From positions 1,180,241 to 1,244,240 of the forward strand of contig NZ_CP110854.1 in the NCBI RefSeq assembly GCF_027594745.1: a stretch of 64,000 nt of DNA, given 5' to 3'. Shown one piece after another: positions 47,171 through 56,604 of this stretch (its first letter is position 1; the number at the start of each line of letters is the position of its first letter). This stretch comes from Saprospira grandis (lineage in GTDB: Bacteria; Bacteroidota; Bacteroidia; Chitinophagales; Saprospiraceae). The position numbers were made by a program, and so were the translations under genes. A model generated the notes under the pieces. That model did not search any database, was not told the origin of the DNA, and was given only the letters and a program-made list of their open reading frames with translations.

Positions 47171-48196
47171 CTACTTCCGCATCGTACAGCCTTGGCAAAG
47201 GGGCTTTTTCTTATAGTTTTCCACCAATTCTACGTAGGCTTTGCTTTGTAGGACCTCCACAAGGCTGCGGTTCTGAATATTACCAAAATCGCCTAAGGCT
47301 TGCCGCTGCTCATCGGGGGCGCAGCAGGGCGATATTTTCCCTGTGGCCGAAACCCAAAGTTCCTTATTTAGGAAAGGGCAGTCGTAGTCTTCTGGGACCG
47401 CCTCTGCTGCGCCTGCAGTTAGGGGGACAATATTTTCTAGTAAAACGGGTTTCCCATTGGGCAGTAAGTATTGGTCTCTAGCCGCATAGGCCTCTTCTAC
47501 ATATTGGTTCCATTGGGCCATGCTCTCCGCATCCTTACGGAAAGACAAGTCCTTGATTTCATCAAAATGATCCCATAACTGATGCCCTTTTACTCGATCT
47601 ACGCCAAGACTAGCCGCTAGCTTGATGATATCGGCTAGTTCATGCATATTGTTTTGCATAAAGGTGAGTTGGAAACTTACTCGGCAATAATAGCCCGTTT
47701 CTGCAAAATGCTGGTCTCGTACAGCCACAAAGCGACGGACATGATCTACACACTGCTCGAAGTTAATTCCAGGCATGACTTCCTCAGCCGTTTTGGCGCT
47801 GGCCGCATTCCAAGAGATTTTAATGTCTGTGGTTTGCGGTACAATCAGTTTGGCCCAAACCTCTACGGGCTTTTTAGGAAAGGTCCCATTGGTGGTGAGA
47901 TTGATTTTAATCCCATACTGCTCACTCAAATCAAAGATTTGCTCAAAGCCTTTATACAACAAAGGCTCCCCCATGGTAGAGGGGATAATCTCTTTGACGC
48001 CCAAGGCTTGGGCCTGCTCAAAAATCTGGACCACCCACTCAAAAGGCATACGGCGACGCTTGACGCCCGTGTTTTTATAGAGGTCTGCGATAAATGTACT
48101 ATAAGGACTATGCTCCTCGCACATAATACAATGCAAGTTGCAATCTTCAGGGTTGGTGTCTATGGTAATTCGCCAAAAGTCTTTAGGCTTGGACAT
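47171..48196 (-). CDS. Radical SAM enzyme with Cys-rich C-terminal (SPASM/twitch-like) auxiliary cluster domain
   Basis: CNLHCIMC = CX3CX2C at residues 19-26. C-terminal CPFLNKELWVSATGKISPCC...CQGC cysteine cluster. Overlaps the upstream GT4 gene by 14 bp. Confidence 0.75.
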   Translation of the reverse strand: MSKPKDFWRITIDTNPEDCNLHCIMCEEHSPYSTFIADLYKNTGVKRRRMPFEWVVQIFEQAQALGVKEIIPSTMGEPLLYKGFEQIFDLSEQYGIKINLTTNGTFPKKPVEVWAKLIVPQTTDIKISWNAASAKTAEEVMPGINFEQCVDHVRRFVAVRDQHFAETGYYCRVSFQLTFMQNNMHELADIIKLAASLGVDRVKGHQLWDHFDEIKDLSFRKDAESMAQWNQYVEEAYAARDQYLLPNGKPVLLENIVPLTAGAAEAVPEDYDCPFLNKELWVSATGKISPCCAPDEQRQALGDFGNIQNRSLVEVLQSKAYVELVENYKKKPLCQGCTMRK

Positions 48197-49472
48197 GCAA
48201 AATAGCTTTATACTGTTCTAAAATGGTTGCTGTATGTGTTTTTATATCAGGGACCTCTCCGGCTGCATCATAGAGATAGCCTCTTTGGCCCAATTGCTTC
48301 ATTTCTTCGGGATGTTGGATGGCCCAGGCCATTTGTTCTTGTAATGATTGACCATCTCGGTGCTTGAAGAGCAGGCCATTGACCCCATGCGCTACATATT
48401 CTGCCATGCCGCCATAATCTGCCGTGATGACAGGCAAACGAGCCGCCTGCGCCTCATGAATCACCAAAGGAGAGTTTTCGCCCCAGATAGAAGGGACCAC
48501 AATGGCATCTACCTGAGCAAAAACCTCTTGGACCAAATCTTCATTGGCATAGCCCCCACAAAATGAAATCCGCTGACTTTGCGCTGCGCTCATGGCACTT
48601 AAAGCCTTTTGGCTTTGGCTGTCTTTCCAGCCCCAAATCTTTAGCTCTACCGCTTGGGCTAAACCCTTAAATGCTTCTATTAATAGGTTGACCCCCTTGG
48701 CGGGAATATGCGTACCGATATACCCAAAGCGAAAAGGTCCAGCTTTTCGAGCTGTTTTGGGCGGACTTAAATAATGCGTCGGAAAGCCATAATCTAAATA
48801 ACTTACTTTTTCGGCAGGCAAATTAAAGTCCTTGATAAAGCGATTCATCAGATAGCGCGAGGGCGCAATAAAATGATCGACTAGCCCAATAATTTCTCTT
48901 GTTTTCTGCATACGTCGGCCTATCCATCGGCTCCAATAGGCTAGGTCTTCGGCTTCTTCTTCTGGATGGCCAGAAAAGAGCATTTTGTAGCAAGAGGCCG
49001 CACATTTTTGGTCCTCTTGGCCCGTACAGAGCTGATAGCAGTTTTGTCCATCAAAGTTGCGCTGTAAAAACTGGCCTCGGGGACACATCAGCCAGAAGTC
49101 GTGCAAGGTAAAGAGAATAGGCACCCCCGCCTTTTTCAGCGCTTGGACCAAGCCCAAAGACAGATGATTAAGATGGCCAATATGAGCTACATCTGGACGG
49201 TCTTGGGCCAAAATAGCCGCCAGCTTTTGGTCGACCTGCGGCTGCCAATAACCGTCTTTGTCTCTGGGCATATTGACCAAATGAAACTGTAAGCCCTGCT
49301 CATCTTTAAAAGAACGCAGCTCAAAATCTGGCCGATAAGGTTCCTCCTCTCGGCTGAAAATTGTGAGCCGATGCCCCTGCCGATGCAGTTCTTGGCAGAG
49401 GCTCTGGCTATAGACTTCGGAGCCTGCACTGTAGCCCGGCGGATAGCCATGAATAATTTTTAGAATGTGCAT
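48183..49472 (-). CDS. Glycosyltransferase family 4 (GT-B)
   Basis: C-terminal SIWGENSPLVIHEAQAARLPVITADYGGMAEYVAHGVNGLLF corresponds to the GT4 E-x7-E donor-binding region. Confidence 0.85.
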   Translation of the reverse strand: MHILKIIHGYPPGYSAGSEVYSQSLCQELHRQGHRLTIFSREEEPYRPDFELRSFKDEQGLQFHLVNMPRDKDGYWQPQVDQKLAAILAQDRPDVAHIGHLNHLSLGLVQALKKAGVPILFTLHDFWLMCPRGQFLQRNFDGQNCYQLCTGQEDQKCAASCYKMLFSGHPEEEAEDLAYWSRWIGRRMQKTREIIGLVDHFIAPSRYLMNRFIKDFNLPAEKVSYLDYGFPTHYLSPPKTARKAGPFRFGYIGTHIPAKGVNLLIEAFKGLAQAVELKIWGWKDSQSQKALSAMSAAQSQRISFCGGYANEDLVQEVFAQVDAIVVPSIWGENSPLVIHEAQAARLPVITADYGGMAEYVAHGVNGLLFKHRDGQSLQEQMAWAIQHPEEMKQLGQRGYLYDAAGEVPDIKTHTATILEQYKAILHVQA

Positions 49473-49703
49473 TTTTTCAATTTATGGTTTAGGGAAGGCT
49501 GTTGGGAACTAGCTCAAAAGGAGAGTTTTGTCTTTGTGCTCCTTTTGTGCTCCACTTATTTCAAATCATCAAAAGGATGTGCCAAAAAGCAAAAATAAAC
49601 TAACCAACTAATAACCAACAACTTACAAAAACAAGCTAATTTAAAGCTGCTGTAAAATTTTGGAATCTATGTATTTTTTTACAGTTTTAGGAGAACTTTA
49701 AGG

Positions 49704-49870
49704 CAATACTTAGGCGGCGAAGCCGCCTTGGCCGAAGGCCAAATGGCCTAGCGCTGCGGCGGGGTGGCCCAAAGGGCCAGACCTAGGCGGCAAAGCCGCC
49801 GCAGGGCAGAGCAGACCTGCGAGCCCCAAAGCATAGCGCCCGCAGCTTGCTGCGGGAGGCCCCACCCCCC
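49704..49870 (-). repeat. GC-rich interspersed repeat, copy 16 (reverse) in a divergent promoter region
   Basis: GGCCTAGCGCTGCGGCGGGGTGGCCCAAAGGGCCAGACC...GCAGCTTGCTGCGGGAGGCCCCACCCCCC. Confidence 0.8.
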
Positions 49871-49890
49871 CTCATCTAACCCCCAAAACT

Positions 49891-51717
49891 ATGGCAAAAG
49901 AAAACATTTACATCAGTTGGCATTATACTACCCATGGCACTGCATTTTTGCAGCATCAGTTGGCGGCTTTTTGGCGGGGGGAGTTGCAATTATCGGAAAA
50001 GCCCTTGTATAAAGAGGGGCTTTGTCAGTTGGAATTGAGCGAGGCCTTTTCGGCAAATCGGCAGCCTGGATTTTTATTTGACAAGGTCTATTATTTATGT
50101 GCCGAGCAGGCTGTTTTGGACCGTTTATCTCTGCGGCGATTGAGCTATCGAAAGAACATGTATGAGGTAGACAAAGCGGTGGAGGAGACGCAAATGCAGG
50201 AGGTTTGGAGAGAGGTGATTGCGCAGAACCTTTCCTCTTGGGTGGATGAGATGACTTATGTAAAGGAACATTATCCCGATCGTTTGGAAGACTTTGAGGG
50301 GCAAATTTGGCGGGACATGCAGCATTATCCCATTGACAGTCAGCTAGCATGGTTTAGGCGAAAGTCGCCTGCTGCGCCTTATTATCATGCTCGTTTTGAG
50401 GCCGTTCATTTTAGCCAAGAAGAGCTGCCAAACTTACGAGATGAGCAGAGCATTTTGACCGTTTTGCAAGGCTTTTTCAAAACTCTTTTGGCCCGACATG
50501 GGGCCGAGGCCAACTACATCATCAATGTCAGTTTGGGCAGTAATGAAACGCAGGTCGCTTGGTTTGTTCTGGCCGAGGCGGGGCTCTTGCCCCCCAACTG
50601 TCGATTCATCAAGGTCTATGACGTTAAGACCAAAGGCGCAGATCCTCGTTTTAAGAACTTCCAAATTCAGGAGATTCCCAGCCGTCTAATTTCTAGTTTA
50701 TCGGCCAACTTATATGAGCATGACAACCTACAATCGCCCCTGCGGCGGTTGGCCGACCTCAAGATGAAGACCTATATAGAGCAAGGTTTTGCCATATTGA
50801 TTTTGGGCGAAAGAGGGACGGGAAAATCCAGAATGATTTCGAGATTGGAGCGAGAAAACCGCAAGGTCTTAGCCATCAATTGTGCCTCCTTTGATGATGA
50901 CAACAAGGCCGAATCGGAGTTTTTTGGGCATAGCAAGGGGGCCTATACGGGGGCAGATCAAGCCAAAAAGGGCTTATTTGAAGAAGCTCGGGGCGGAATT
51001 CTCTTCTTTGATGAGGTGCATCATTTGAGTAAGCGGGTACAGGGCAAACTCATGAAAGCCCTACAAACCGATGAGAACAACAACTATCGTTTTCGGCCCA
51101 TGGGGAGCAGCCAAGAACAGCAAAGTCAGTTTACTGCTGTTTTTGCTAGCAACAAAAGTATTGAAGAGCTGCGGGAGCTTTTATTGGCCGACTTCTTTGA
51201 TCGTATCTCTCAGCTCCTGATTGAGCTGCCCCCACTGCGGGAAAGTCGAGATGAAATTGAAAAAGACTGGGAAACCGTTTGGACACAACTGCGCTTTGCG
51301 CCTAGCTACCCCTGTCCCAAATCTCCAGAGCTCTTCCAATGGCTCAAAAAGCAGCCTTTGTGGGGCAACTTTAGAGATTTGCAAAAGATAGCTATCTATT
51401 ATAAGGCCTTTTTAGATTTACCCCAAGAGGCCCAACAACTAGAGGGAGTAGACAGCCCCCTAGCCTTTGCCCAAAAGGAGTTTAAGGCCTATCATGGGCA
51501 TTTTCCTAAGCAAACTAAGTTGCCCCAAGCCTTTCAAGAGCTCTTTGATCTGGAGCTCATTGCCTCAGAGACGGAAGAAAAGACCTATAAAATTCTGGAG
51601 AAGCGCTATAAAAAGGCCCTTATTAGTTGGGTAGAGGAAAACTTTCCCGCTCAACCAGTTTGGGAGATTTTAGACATGAGCGAAAGTAACTACTACAAGA
51701 TGAAGAAAGAGAGCTAA
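49891..51717 (+). CDS. Enhancer-binding-protein-like AAA+ regulator (sigma-54 interaction-type domain with GAYTGA variant motif) with a roughly 300-aa N-terminal domain of unknown function and a short Fis-type HTH tail
   Basis: ILILGERGTGKSRM Walker A. ESEFFGHSKGAYTGA corresponds to the ESELFGHEKGAFTGA/GAFTGA loop. FFDEVHHLSKRVQGKLMKALQ Walker B/sensor region. C-terminal WEILDMSESNYYKMKKES resembles the end of a Fis-type HTH. Confidence 0.65.
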   Translation: MAKENIYISWHYTTHGTAFLQHQLAAFWRGELQLSEKPLYKEGLCQLELSEAFSANRQPGFLFDKVYYLCAEQAVLDRLSLRRLSYRKNMYEVDKAVEETQMQEVWREVIAQNLSSWVDEMTYVKEHYPDRLEDFEGQIWRDMQHYPIDSQLAWFRRKSPAAPYYHARFEAVHFSQEELPNLRDEQSILTVLQGFFKTLLARHGAEANYIINVSLGSNETQVAWFVLAEAGLLPPNCRFIKVYDVKTKGADPRFKNFQIQEIPSRLISSLSANLYEHDNLQSPLRRLADLKMKTYIEQGFAILILGERGTGKSRMISRLERENRKVLAINCASFDDDNKAESEFFGHSKGAYTGADQAKKGLFEEARGGILFFDEVHHLSKRVQGKLMKALQTDENNNYRFRPMGSSQEQQSQFTAVFASNKSIEELRELLLADFFDRISQLLIELPPLRESRDEIEKDWETVWTQLRFAPSYPCPKSPELFQWLKKQPLWGNFRDLQKIAIYYKAFLDLPQEAQQLEGVDSPLAFAQKEFKAYHGHFPKQTKLPQAFQELFDLELIASETEEKTYKILEKRYKKALISWVEENFPAQPVWEILDMSESNYYKMKKES

Positions 51718-51727
51718 ATAAGAGGGT

Positions 51728-52267
51728 TTAGGCCTCGGTTCTCAAGAGCGCATAATGGTATTCATCCCAAAATTGGCCCGCCTTATAAACCGCTTCTAGA
51801 GATTTGCCCTCTAAACGGAAGCCCGCAGCTTCTAATACCTTGACCGAGCCTAGATTAAAGCTAAATACGGTCCCCACCACCCGATGTAAGTCTAGATAAC
51901 GGCCCCAAGCCCGCTCCAAGAACAAGGGCAAGATCTTTTTCATCAGCCCTCGGCCCCAAAAGGCAGGCGTTAACCAATAGCCAATTTCCATATTGTAGCG
52001 CCAAACATCCTGCTGTGCATGCAGACCAATTCCCCCAATCAATTGCTCTTGGGCAAAGATGGCTAAGATGCCCCCATCCGAAGGGATGGCGACATGATTC
52101 ACAAAGGCCTCTGCAGTGGCTAAGGTATATGGCGAAGCAAAACGATCGCTCATGCCTTTGGCCACTTCTGGATAATCGGCAGCCTGCTGTAAGGCCGCTG
52201 TATATTCGGGCCGAAAAAGGCGTAGGGAGTAGGCCTCGCCATTTAGTTCAAATTCTATCTCTTTCAT
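51728..52267 (-). CDS. GNAT family N-acetyltransferase (RimJ/RimL-like)
   Basis: GIGLHAQQDVWRYNMEIGYWLTPAFWGRGLMKKIL acetyl-CoA binding region. Confidence 0.75.
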   Translation of the reverse strand: MKEIEFELNGEAYSLRLFRPEYTAALQQAADYPEVAKGMSDRFASPYTLATAEAFVNHVAIPSDGGILAIFAQEQLIGGIGLHAQQDVWRYNMEIGYWLTPAFWGRGLMKKILPLFLERAWGRYLDLHRVVGTVFSFNLGSVKVLEAAGFRLEGKSLEAVYKAGQFWDEYHYALLRTEA

Positions 52268-52276
52268 TTTTTATCT

Positions 52277-53497
52277 TTGAGTTCACTCAGAATAATTGAC
52301 ATGATTAAGATAGATAAAATAAAACAACTGGCCCAAGAACAACTAGAGCAATGGATCAGCATTCGCCGACATCTTCACCAATATCCAGAACTCTCTTTTG
52401 AAGAATGGGAAACCGCTAATTATATCGCCTCTTGCCTAGACCGCTGGGGCATTAGCTACCAGAGAGGAATGGTCAAAACAGGGATTTTCGCCCAAATTGA
52501 AGGCAAAAATCCCGCTGCAGCCTGCATTACGCTCCGTGCCGATATAGATGCGCTCCCGATCCAAGAGCAGACGGGCCTGCCTTTTAGCTCTAAGAATGAG
52601 GGCCGTATGCACGCCTGCGGCCATGATGTACATACGACTTCCCTACTCGCTACGGCTTTTATCCTACATGAACTTAGAGGAGAGTTTGAGGGCCGCATTC
52701 AACTGATTTTCCAACCTGGCGAGGAGCTGCTACCCGGTGGCGCTAGCCAAGTCTTGGCCGAGGGTTGGCTGGACCAAAGCCTAGATTTTCCGATTCTGGG
52801 CCAGCATGTAGAGCCTGGCCTGCCCGCTGGACAGGTTGGCTTTCATCCAGGCCCCTTTATGGCCTCCGCCGATGAGCTTTATCTCTCTGTTTATGGCCAA
52901 GGCGGTCATGCCGCCCGCCCCCAAGATTGCAATGATGTGGTCCTGATTGCCTCGCATTTGGTGGTCGCCCTACAGCAGTTAATTAGCCGATTTAGAGACC
53001 CGCTGCAGCCTTCGGTCCTGAGTTTTGGCAAGATGAATACCGCTGGCGGGGCCACCAATGTATTGCCCGAACGCATTGATCTTGAAGGCACATTCAGAGC
53101 CTTCAATGAAGAATGGCGAGCCGAGGCGCATCAAAAAATGCAGCAGCTCTGTCAGCAAATGGCCCAAAGCATGGGCGGCCGTGCCGAGCTAGAAATCAGA
53201 AAGGGCTACCCCTACCTACACAATGAGGAAAATCTAACGCAGAGCCTGATACAGGCCGCCCGTGACTATGTCGGCAAGGATAATTTGGTCCTTCTTCCCC
53301 AACGCATGGGGGCCGAAGATTTTGGCTTTTATGCCCAACAGATGCCCGCCTGCTTCTATCGCTTGGGCACGGGCATTGGTCCGGGTTTGCACCACCCCAA
53401 GTTTTCTCCCGATGAAGAAACGGCCCTCCCCTTGGGGGCTGGGCTTATGGCCTATCTGGCCCTTTTTCAGCTAAATCAACAGATCAAAAAGGCCTAG
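52277..53497 (+). CDS. M20D family amidohydrolase (N-acyl-amino-acid amidohydrolase/hippurate hydrolase-like)
   Basis: HACGHDVHT metal-binding motif and overall M20 architecture. True start may be the internal Met at 52298. Confidence 0.8.
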   Translation: MSSLRIIDMIKIDKIKQLAQEQLEQWISIRRHLHQYPELSFEEWETANYIASCLDRWGISYQRGMVKTGIFAQIEGKNPAAACITLRADIDALPIQEQTGLPFSSKNEGRMHACGHDVHTTSLLATAFILHELRGEFEGRIQLIFQPGEELLPGGASQVLAEGWLDQSLDFPILGQHVEPGLPAGQVGFHPGPFMASADELYLSVYGQGGHAARPQDCNDVVLIASHLVVALQQLISRFRDPLQPSVLSFGKMNTAGGATNVLPERIDLEGTFRAFNEEWRAEAHQKMQQLCQQMAQSMGGRAELEIRKGYPYLHNEENLTQSLIQAARDYVGKDNLVLLPQRMGAEDFGFYAQQMPACFYRLGTGIGPGLHHPKFSPDEETALPLGAGLMAYLALFQLNQQIKKA

Positions 53498-53583
53498 TTG
53501 TTTGCTTGCTGGCTTTTGCTTAACTTGCAGCCAATTCGCATTTCAAACATAGAGGCTCGACCTCTTCAAAGCTTTTTATTTCT

Positions 53584-54240
53584 ATGAAATTTTTTGTGGA
53601 TACGGCCAATCTGGCCCAAATTAAAGAAGCCGCCGATCTTGGCGTTTTGGATGGTGTAACCACCAATCCCTCTCTCATGGCCAAAGAAGGCATCAAAGGC
53701 GAGGAGGCCGTCCGCCAGCATTATCTAAACATCTGCAAGCTTGTAGATGGCCCCGTAAGTGCCGAAGTGATTGCCACCGATTTTGAGGGCATGATCAAAG
53801 AAGGCGAAGCCCTAGCCGCCCTACACCCCAATATCGTCGTGAAGGTCCCGATGATTGAGGATGGCGTGAAGGCCCTTCGCTATTTTAGCGACAAAGGCAT
53901 CAAGACCAACTGTACCCTCGTCTTTTCTGCTGGACAGGCTATTTTGGCCGCCAAAGCAGGCGCTACCTATGTTTCTCCCTTTATTGGCCGCATTGACGAC
54001 ATTAACTGGAGTGGCGTGGAGTTGATCGAGCAGATTGTACATATCTACCAAAATTTTGCTTTCCGCACTCAGGTTTTGGCCGCCTCTATCCGCAATCCCT
54101 TGCATATTGTGCAGTGCGCTGAGCTTGGCGCCGATGTGGTCACTTGCCCCCTTTCTGCCATGAAAGGCATGCTCAAACATCCACTTACCGATATTGGCTT
54201 GCAACAGTTTTTGGCCGATCACGCTAAAAATAATGGCTAG
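53584..54240 (+). CDS. Fructose-6-phosphate aldolase / transaldolase family (TalC/Fsa-like)
   Basis: MKFFVDTANLAQIKEAADLGVLDGVTTNPSLMAKEG and Schiff-base lysine context VVKVP. Confidence 0.85.
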   Translation: MKFFVDTANLAQIKEAADLGVLDGVTTNPSLMAKEGIKGEEAVRQHYLNICKLVDGPVSAEVIATDFEGMIKEGEALAALHPNIVVKVPMIEDGVKALRYFSDKGIKTNCTLVFSAGQAILAAKAGATYVSPFIGRIDDINWSGVELIEQIVHIYQNFAFRTQVLAASIRNPLHIVQCAELGADVVTCPLSAMKGMLKHPLTDIGLQQFLADHAKNNG

Positions 54241-54285
54241 TTAAAGCCCAAGAAGATAAAGGCTGCTGAAAAGTAGCCTTTTTTT

Positions 54286-54495
54286 TTGGGGCCTCCCGCC
54301 TTCGGCGGGCGGTTACTCCCTTCAGTCGTCGAACTGCGGCCTAAAGGCCTTGTTGTCGTTCCGCAGCTCGCTGCTGTTTTGGGGCCTCCCGCCTTCGGCG
54401 GGCGCTACGTTCCGCAGCTCGCTATTCGCTCGGCCCTGCGGCCTCACGGCCTTGGTCTGCGGCTGCGCCGCACTGCTACACATCGCTAGGCCGCT
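54286..54495 (+). repeat. GC-rich interspersed repeat, copy 17 (forward; hairpin module duplicated; module B present)
   Basis: TTTTTTTGGGGCCTCCCGCCTTCGGCGGGCGGTTACTCCCTTCAGTCGTCGAACTGCGGCCTAAAGGCCTTGTTGTCGTT...TTTTGGGGCCTCCCGCCTTCGGCGGGCGCTACGTTCCGCAGCTCGC...ACATCGCTAGGCC. Confidence 0.85.
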
Positions 54496-54576
54496 CATCT
54501 GCCTTTTTCTAGCTTAAGTTTCTTCTTTGGCGGCTGGCTTGTTTTGGGCCGATGGGCTGAAGCCCATTTGGAAGAC

Positions 54577-55080
54577 GCTATTCTGCAACTGCAAAACGAC
54601 ATCTTACAGTTGCGCTAAGCTATTCTGCAGATGCAAAACGGCATATTACAGTTGCGGCAAGCTATTCTGCAACTGCAAAACGGCATATTACAGTTGCGGC
54701 AAGCTATTCTGCAACTGCAAAACGGCATATTACAGTTGCGGCAAGCTATTCTGCAACTGCAAAACGGCATATTACAGTTGCGGCAAGCTATTCTGCAGAT
54801 GCAAAATGGCATATTCCATTTGGAGGACGCTATTCTGCAACTGCAAAACGGCACATTCCATTTGGAGGACGCTATTCTGCAACTGCAAAACGACACATTC
54901 CATTTGGAGGATGCTATTCTGAAACTGCAAAACGGCATATTCCATTTGGAGGACGCTATTCTGCAACTGCAAAACGACACATTCCATTTGGAGGATGCTA
55001 TTCTGCAACTGCAAAACGGCATATTCCATTTGGAGGACGCTATTCTGAAACTGCAAAACGGCATATTCCATTTGGAGGAT
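54577..55080. repeat. 42-bp tandem repeat array, exactly 12 units in two sub-families, each unit with an internal 7-bp-stem hairpin
   Basis: Units GCTATTCTGCAACTGCAAAACGGCATATTACAGTTGCGGCAA (stem GCAACTG/CAGTTGC) followed by units GCTATTCTGCAACTGCAAAACGGCACATTCCATTTGGAGGAC. Open in 5 of 6 frames, which is trivially frame-preserving because 42 = 14 codons. Confidence 0.9.
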
Positions 55081-55139
55081 GCTATTAGGAATTTGCGAAA
55101 ACGTAGCATCAAGACTTTGATGGGCTGTTCCAAAAATTC

Positions 55140-55272
55140 GTCCTACAGGCCCGAAGGGCCGCAGGCCTAGCGATGCGAAAGGGGGCTGCGCAGCCGCAGA
55201 CCAAGGCCGTCAGGCCGCAGGGCCGAGCAGACCTGCGAGCCCTGAAGCGTAGCGCCTGCAGCTTTGCTGCAG
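55140..55272 (-). repeat. GC-rich interspersed repeat, copy 18 (reverse)
   Basis: GGCCTAGCGATGCGAAAGGGGGCTGCGCAGCCGCAGACCAAGGCCGTCAGGCCGCAGGGCCGAGCAGACCTGCGAGCCCTGAAGCGTAGCGCCTGCAGCTTTGCTGCAGGAGGCCCCAAAACAAC. Confidence 0.85.
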
Positions 55273-55320
55273 GAGGCCCCAAAACAACAACAGCAAGAGC
55301 ATAAAAAACAGCAGACTAAA

Positions 55321-56496
55321 ATGGGAAGAACAGAAGATTGGGCATTCATTGCGGAGCATCAGGCGGAAGATTTGGCGCAATTGGCCTTGCAATTGGCCAA
55401 GCGGCCAGAGCTAGACCGCAGTTTTATTTTGGCGCAGGTCAATGGGCGGCAAAAGGCCAAGGAAAAGTTGCCAGATTGGGCGGGTAAAGCGGGCTTAATA
55501 TTCCCTTCTCGCTTGTCGATGCAGCAGTCTTCTAGCCAGATGACGGCCCAAAAAAAGGCCGAATACTTGGCGGGGGGCACTCTAGTTGATTTGACCGGAG
55601 GTTTTGGGGTAGATAGTTATTATTTGGGCCAAAAATTTGAGCGAGTTTATCATGTGGAGCCGCAAGAGGAGCTGCAAGAAATTGTGCGGGCCAACTTTTC
55701 GCTTTTGGGCTTTGATCGGGCGGAGTTTTTTTTGGGCAAGGCCGAAGAATTTCTGGAACAGGCCAATTTGCCTACGATTGATTGCTTTTATATTGATCCG
55801 AGCAGAAGATCGGAGGGCCAAAAAGTCTTTCGTTTAGATGATTGCCAGCCGCAATTACTGGAGATCTTGCCTCGATTATTGGAGCTTGCGCCTAGGGTTT
55901 GGGTCAAGGCGGCGACTATGTTGGACATACAGCAGGCCTTGCAGCAATTGGGGGGCAAAGTTCGGCAAATTTACATTTTGGCTTGGCGCAATGAGTGCAA
56001 AGAGTTGCTCTTTGAAATTGGGCGGGAGTCAGTGATTTCTCCGCAGATACAGATAGAAGAAATCTACCCCAAGCGGGCCTTTTCTTTTCAGTTTGAGCTA
56101 GCAGAAGAAGAGCGGGCTCAGCTCAGTTATGGGGCCTTGGGCAGTTATGTCTACTTGCCGCATACGGGCCTACTCAAGGCGGGAGCCTTTAAATTATTGG
56201 CCGAGCGTTATGGGCTGAGCAAATTGGCCATCAACAGCCATATTTATAGTAGTGAAAAAGAAATATTGGATTTTCCGGGCCGGGCATTTCGGTTAATTCG
56301 GGCCATCCCCTACCCTAGTAAAGCGGCCAAAAAGCTAGGCTTAAAAAAAGCGCAAATCATCAGTAAGAACTTTGGAATGAGCGTAGAACAGCTACGAAAA
56401 AAGCTAAAAATAAAGCAATCGGGAGGCAGCTACCTTCTAGCGAGCAGAGATCAAGAAAACAAAACTTGGCTCTATGAAATGGCGCCCTTGTTCTAA
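55321..56496 (+). CDS. Putative class I SAM-dependent methyltransferase
   Basis: TLVDLTGGFGVDSYYLG resembles SAM-binding motif I. Later FYIDPSRR resembles a DPPY-type motif. The start at MGRTEDWAF (55321) is preferred over the repeat-derived extension from 55264. Confidence 0.45.
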   Translation: MGRTEDWAFIAEHQAEDLAQLALQLAKRPELDRSFILAQVNGRQKAKEKLPDWAGKAGLIFPSRLSMQQSSSQMTAQKKAEYLAGGTLVDLTGGFGVDSYYLGQKFERVYHVEPQEELQEIVRANFSLLGFDRAEFFLGKAEEFLEQANLPTIDCFYIDPSRRSEGQKVFRLDDCQPQLLEILPRLLELAPRVWVKAATMLDIQQALQQLGGKVRQIYILAWRNECKELLFEIGRESVISPQIQIEEIYPKRAFSFQFELAEEERAQLSYGALGSYVYLPHTGLLKAGAFKLLAERYGLSKLAINSHIYSSEKEILDFPGRAFRLIRAIPYPSKAAKKLGLKKAQIISKNFGMSVEQLRKKLKIKQSGGSYLLASRDQENKTWLYEMAPLF

Positions 56497-56604
56497 ATAG
56501 AGTTTTTCCTCCCTAAATTTTTTATTAAATTGTACACGTTTTAGCAATTCATCAAAAAAAGGGGGGTATTCCCTTTTCGATGAAAAAGTCAACCCAAGGA
56601 TTTT

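Noticed and set aside
49473-49890. Sigma-54 promoter near 49570 (GTGCCA...GCAA)
   Set aside because: The GC/GG elements are in the wrong order and spacing for a -24/-12 promoter on either strand.
54527-55170. Coding ORFs across the 42-bp array (54527..54922 +, 54631..55170 +, 54615..55133 -, 54772..55071 -)
   Set aside because: Five of six frames are open only because the 42-bp unit lacks stops. An in-frame TAA interrupts the repeat pattern just upstream of the 54631 ATG, and there is no signal or start context. Kept as a repeat; coding is not excluded.
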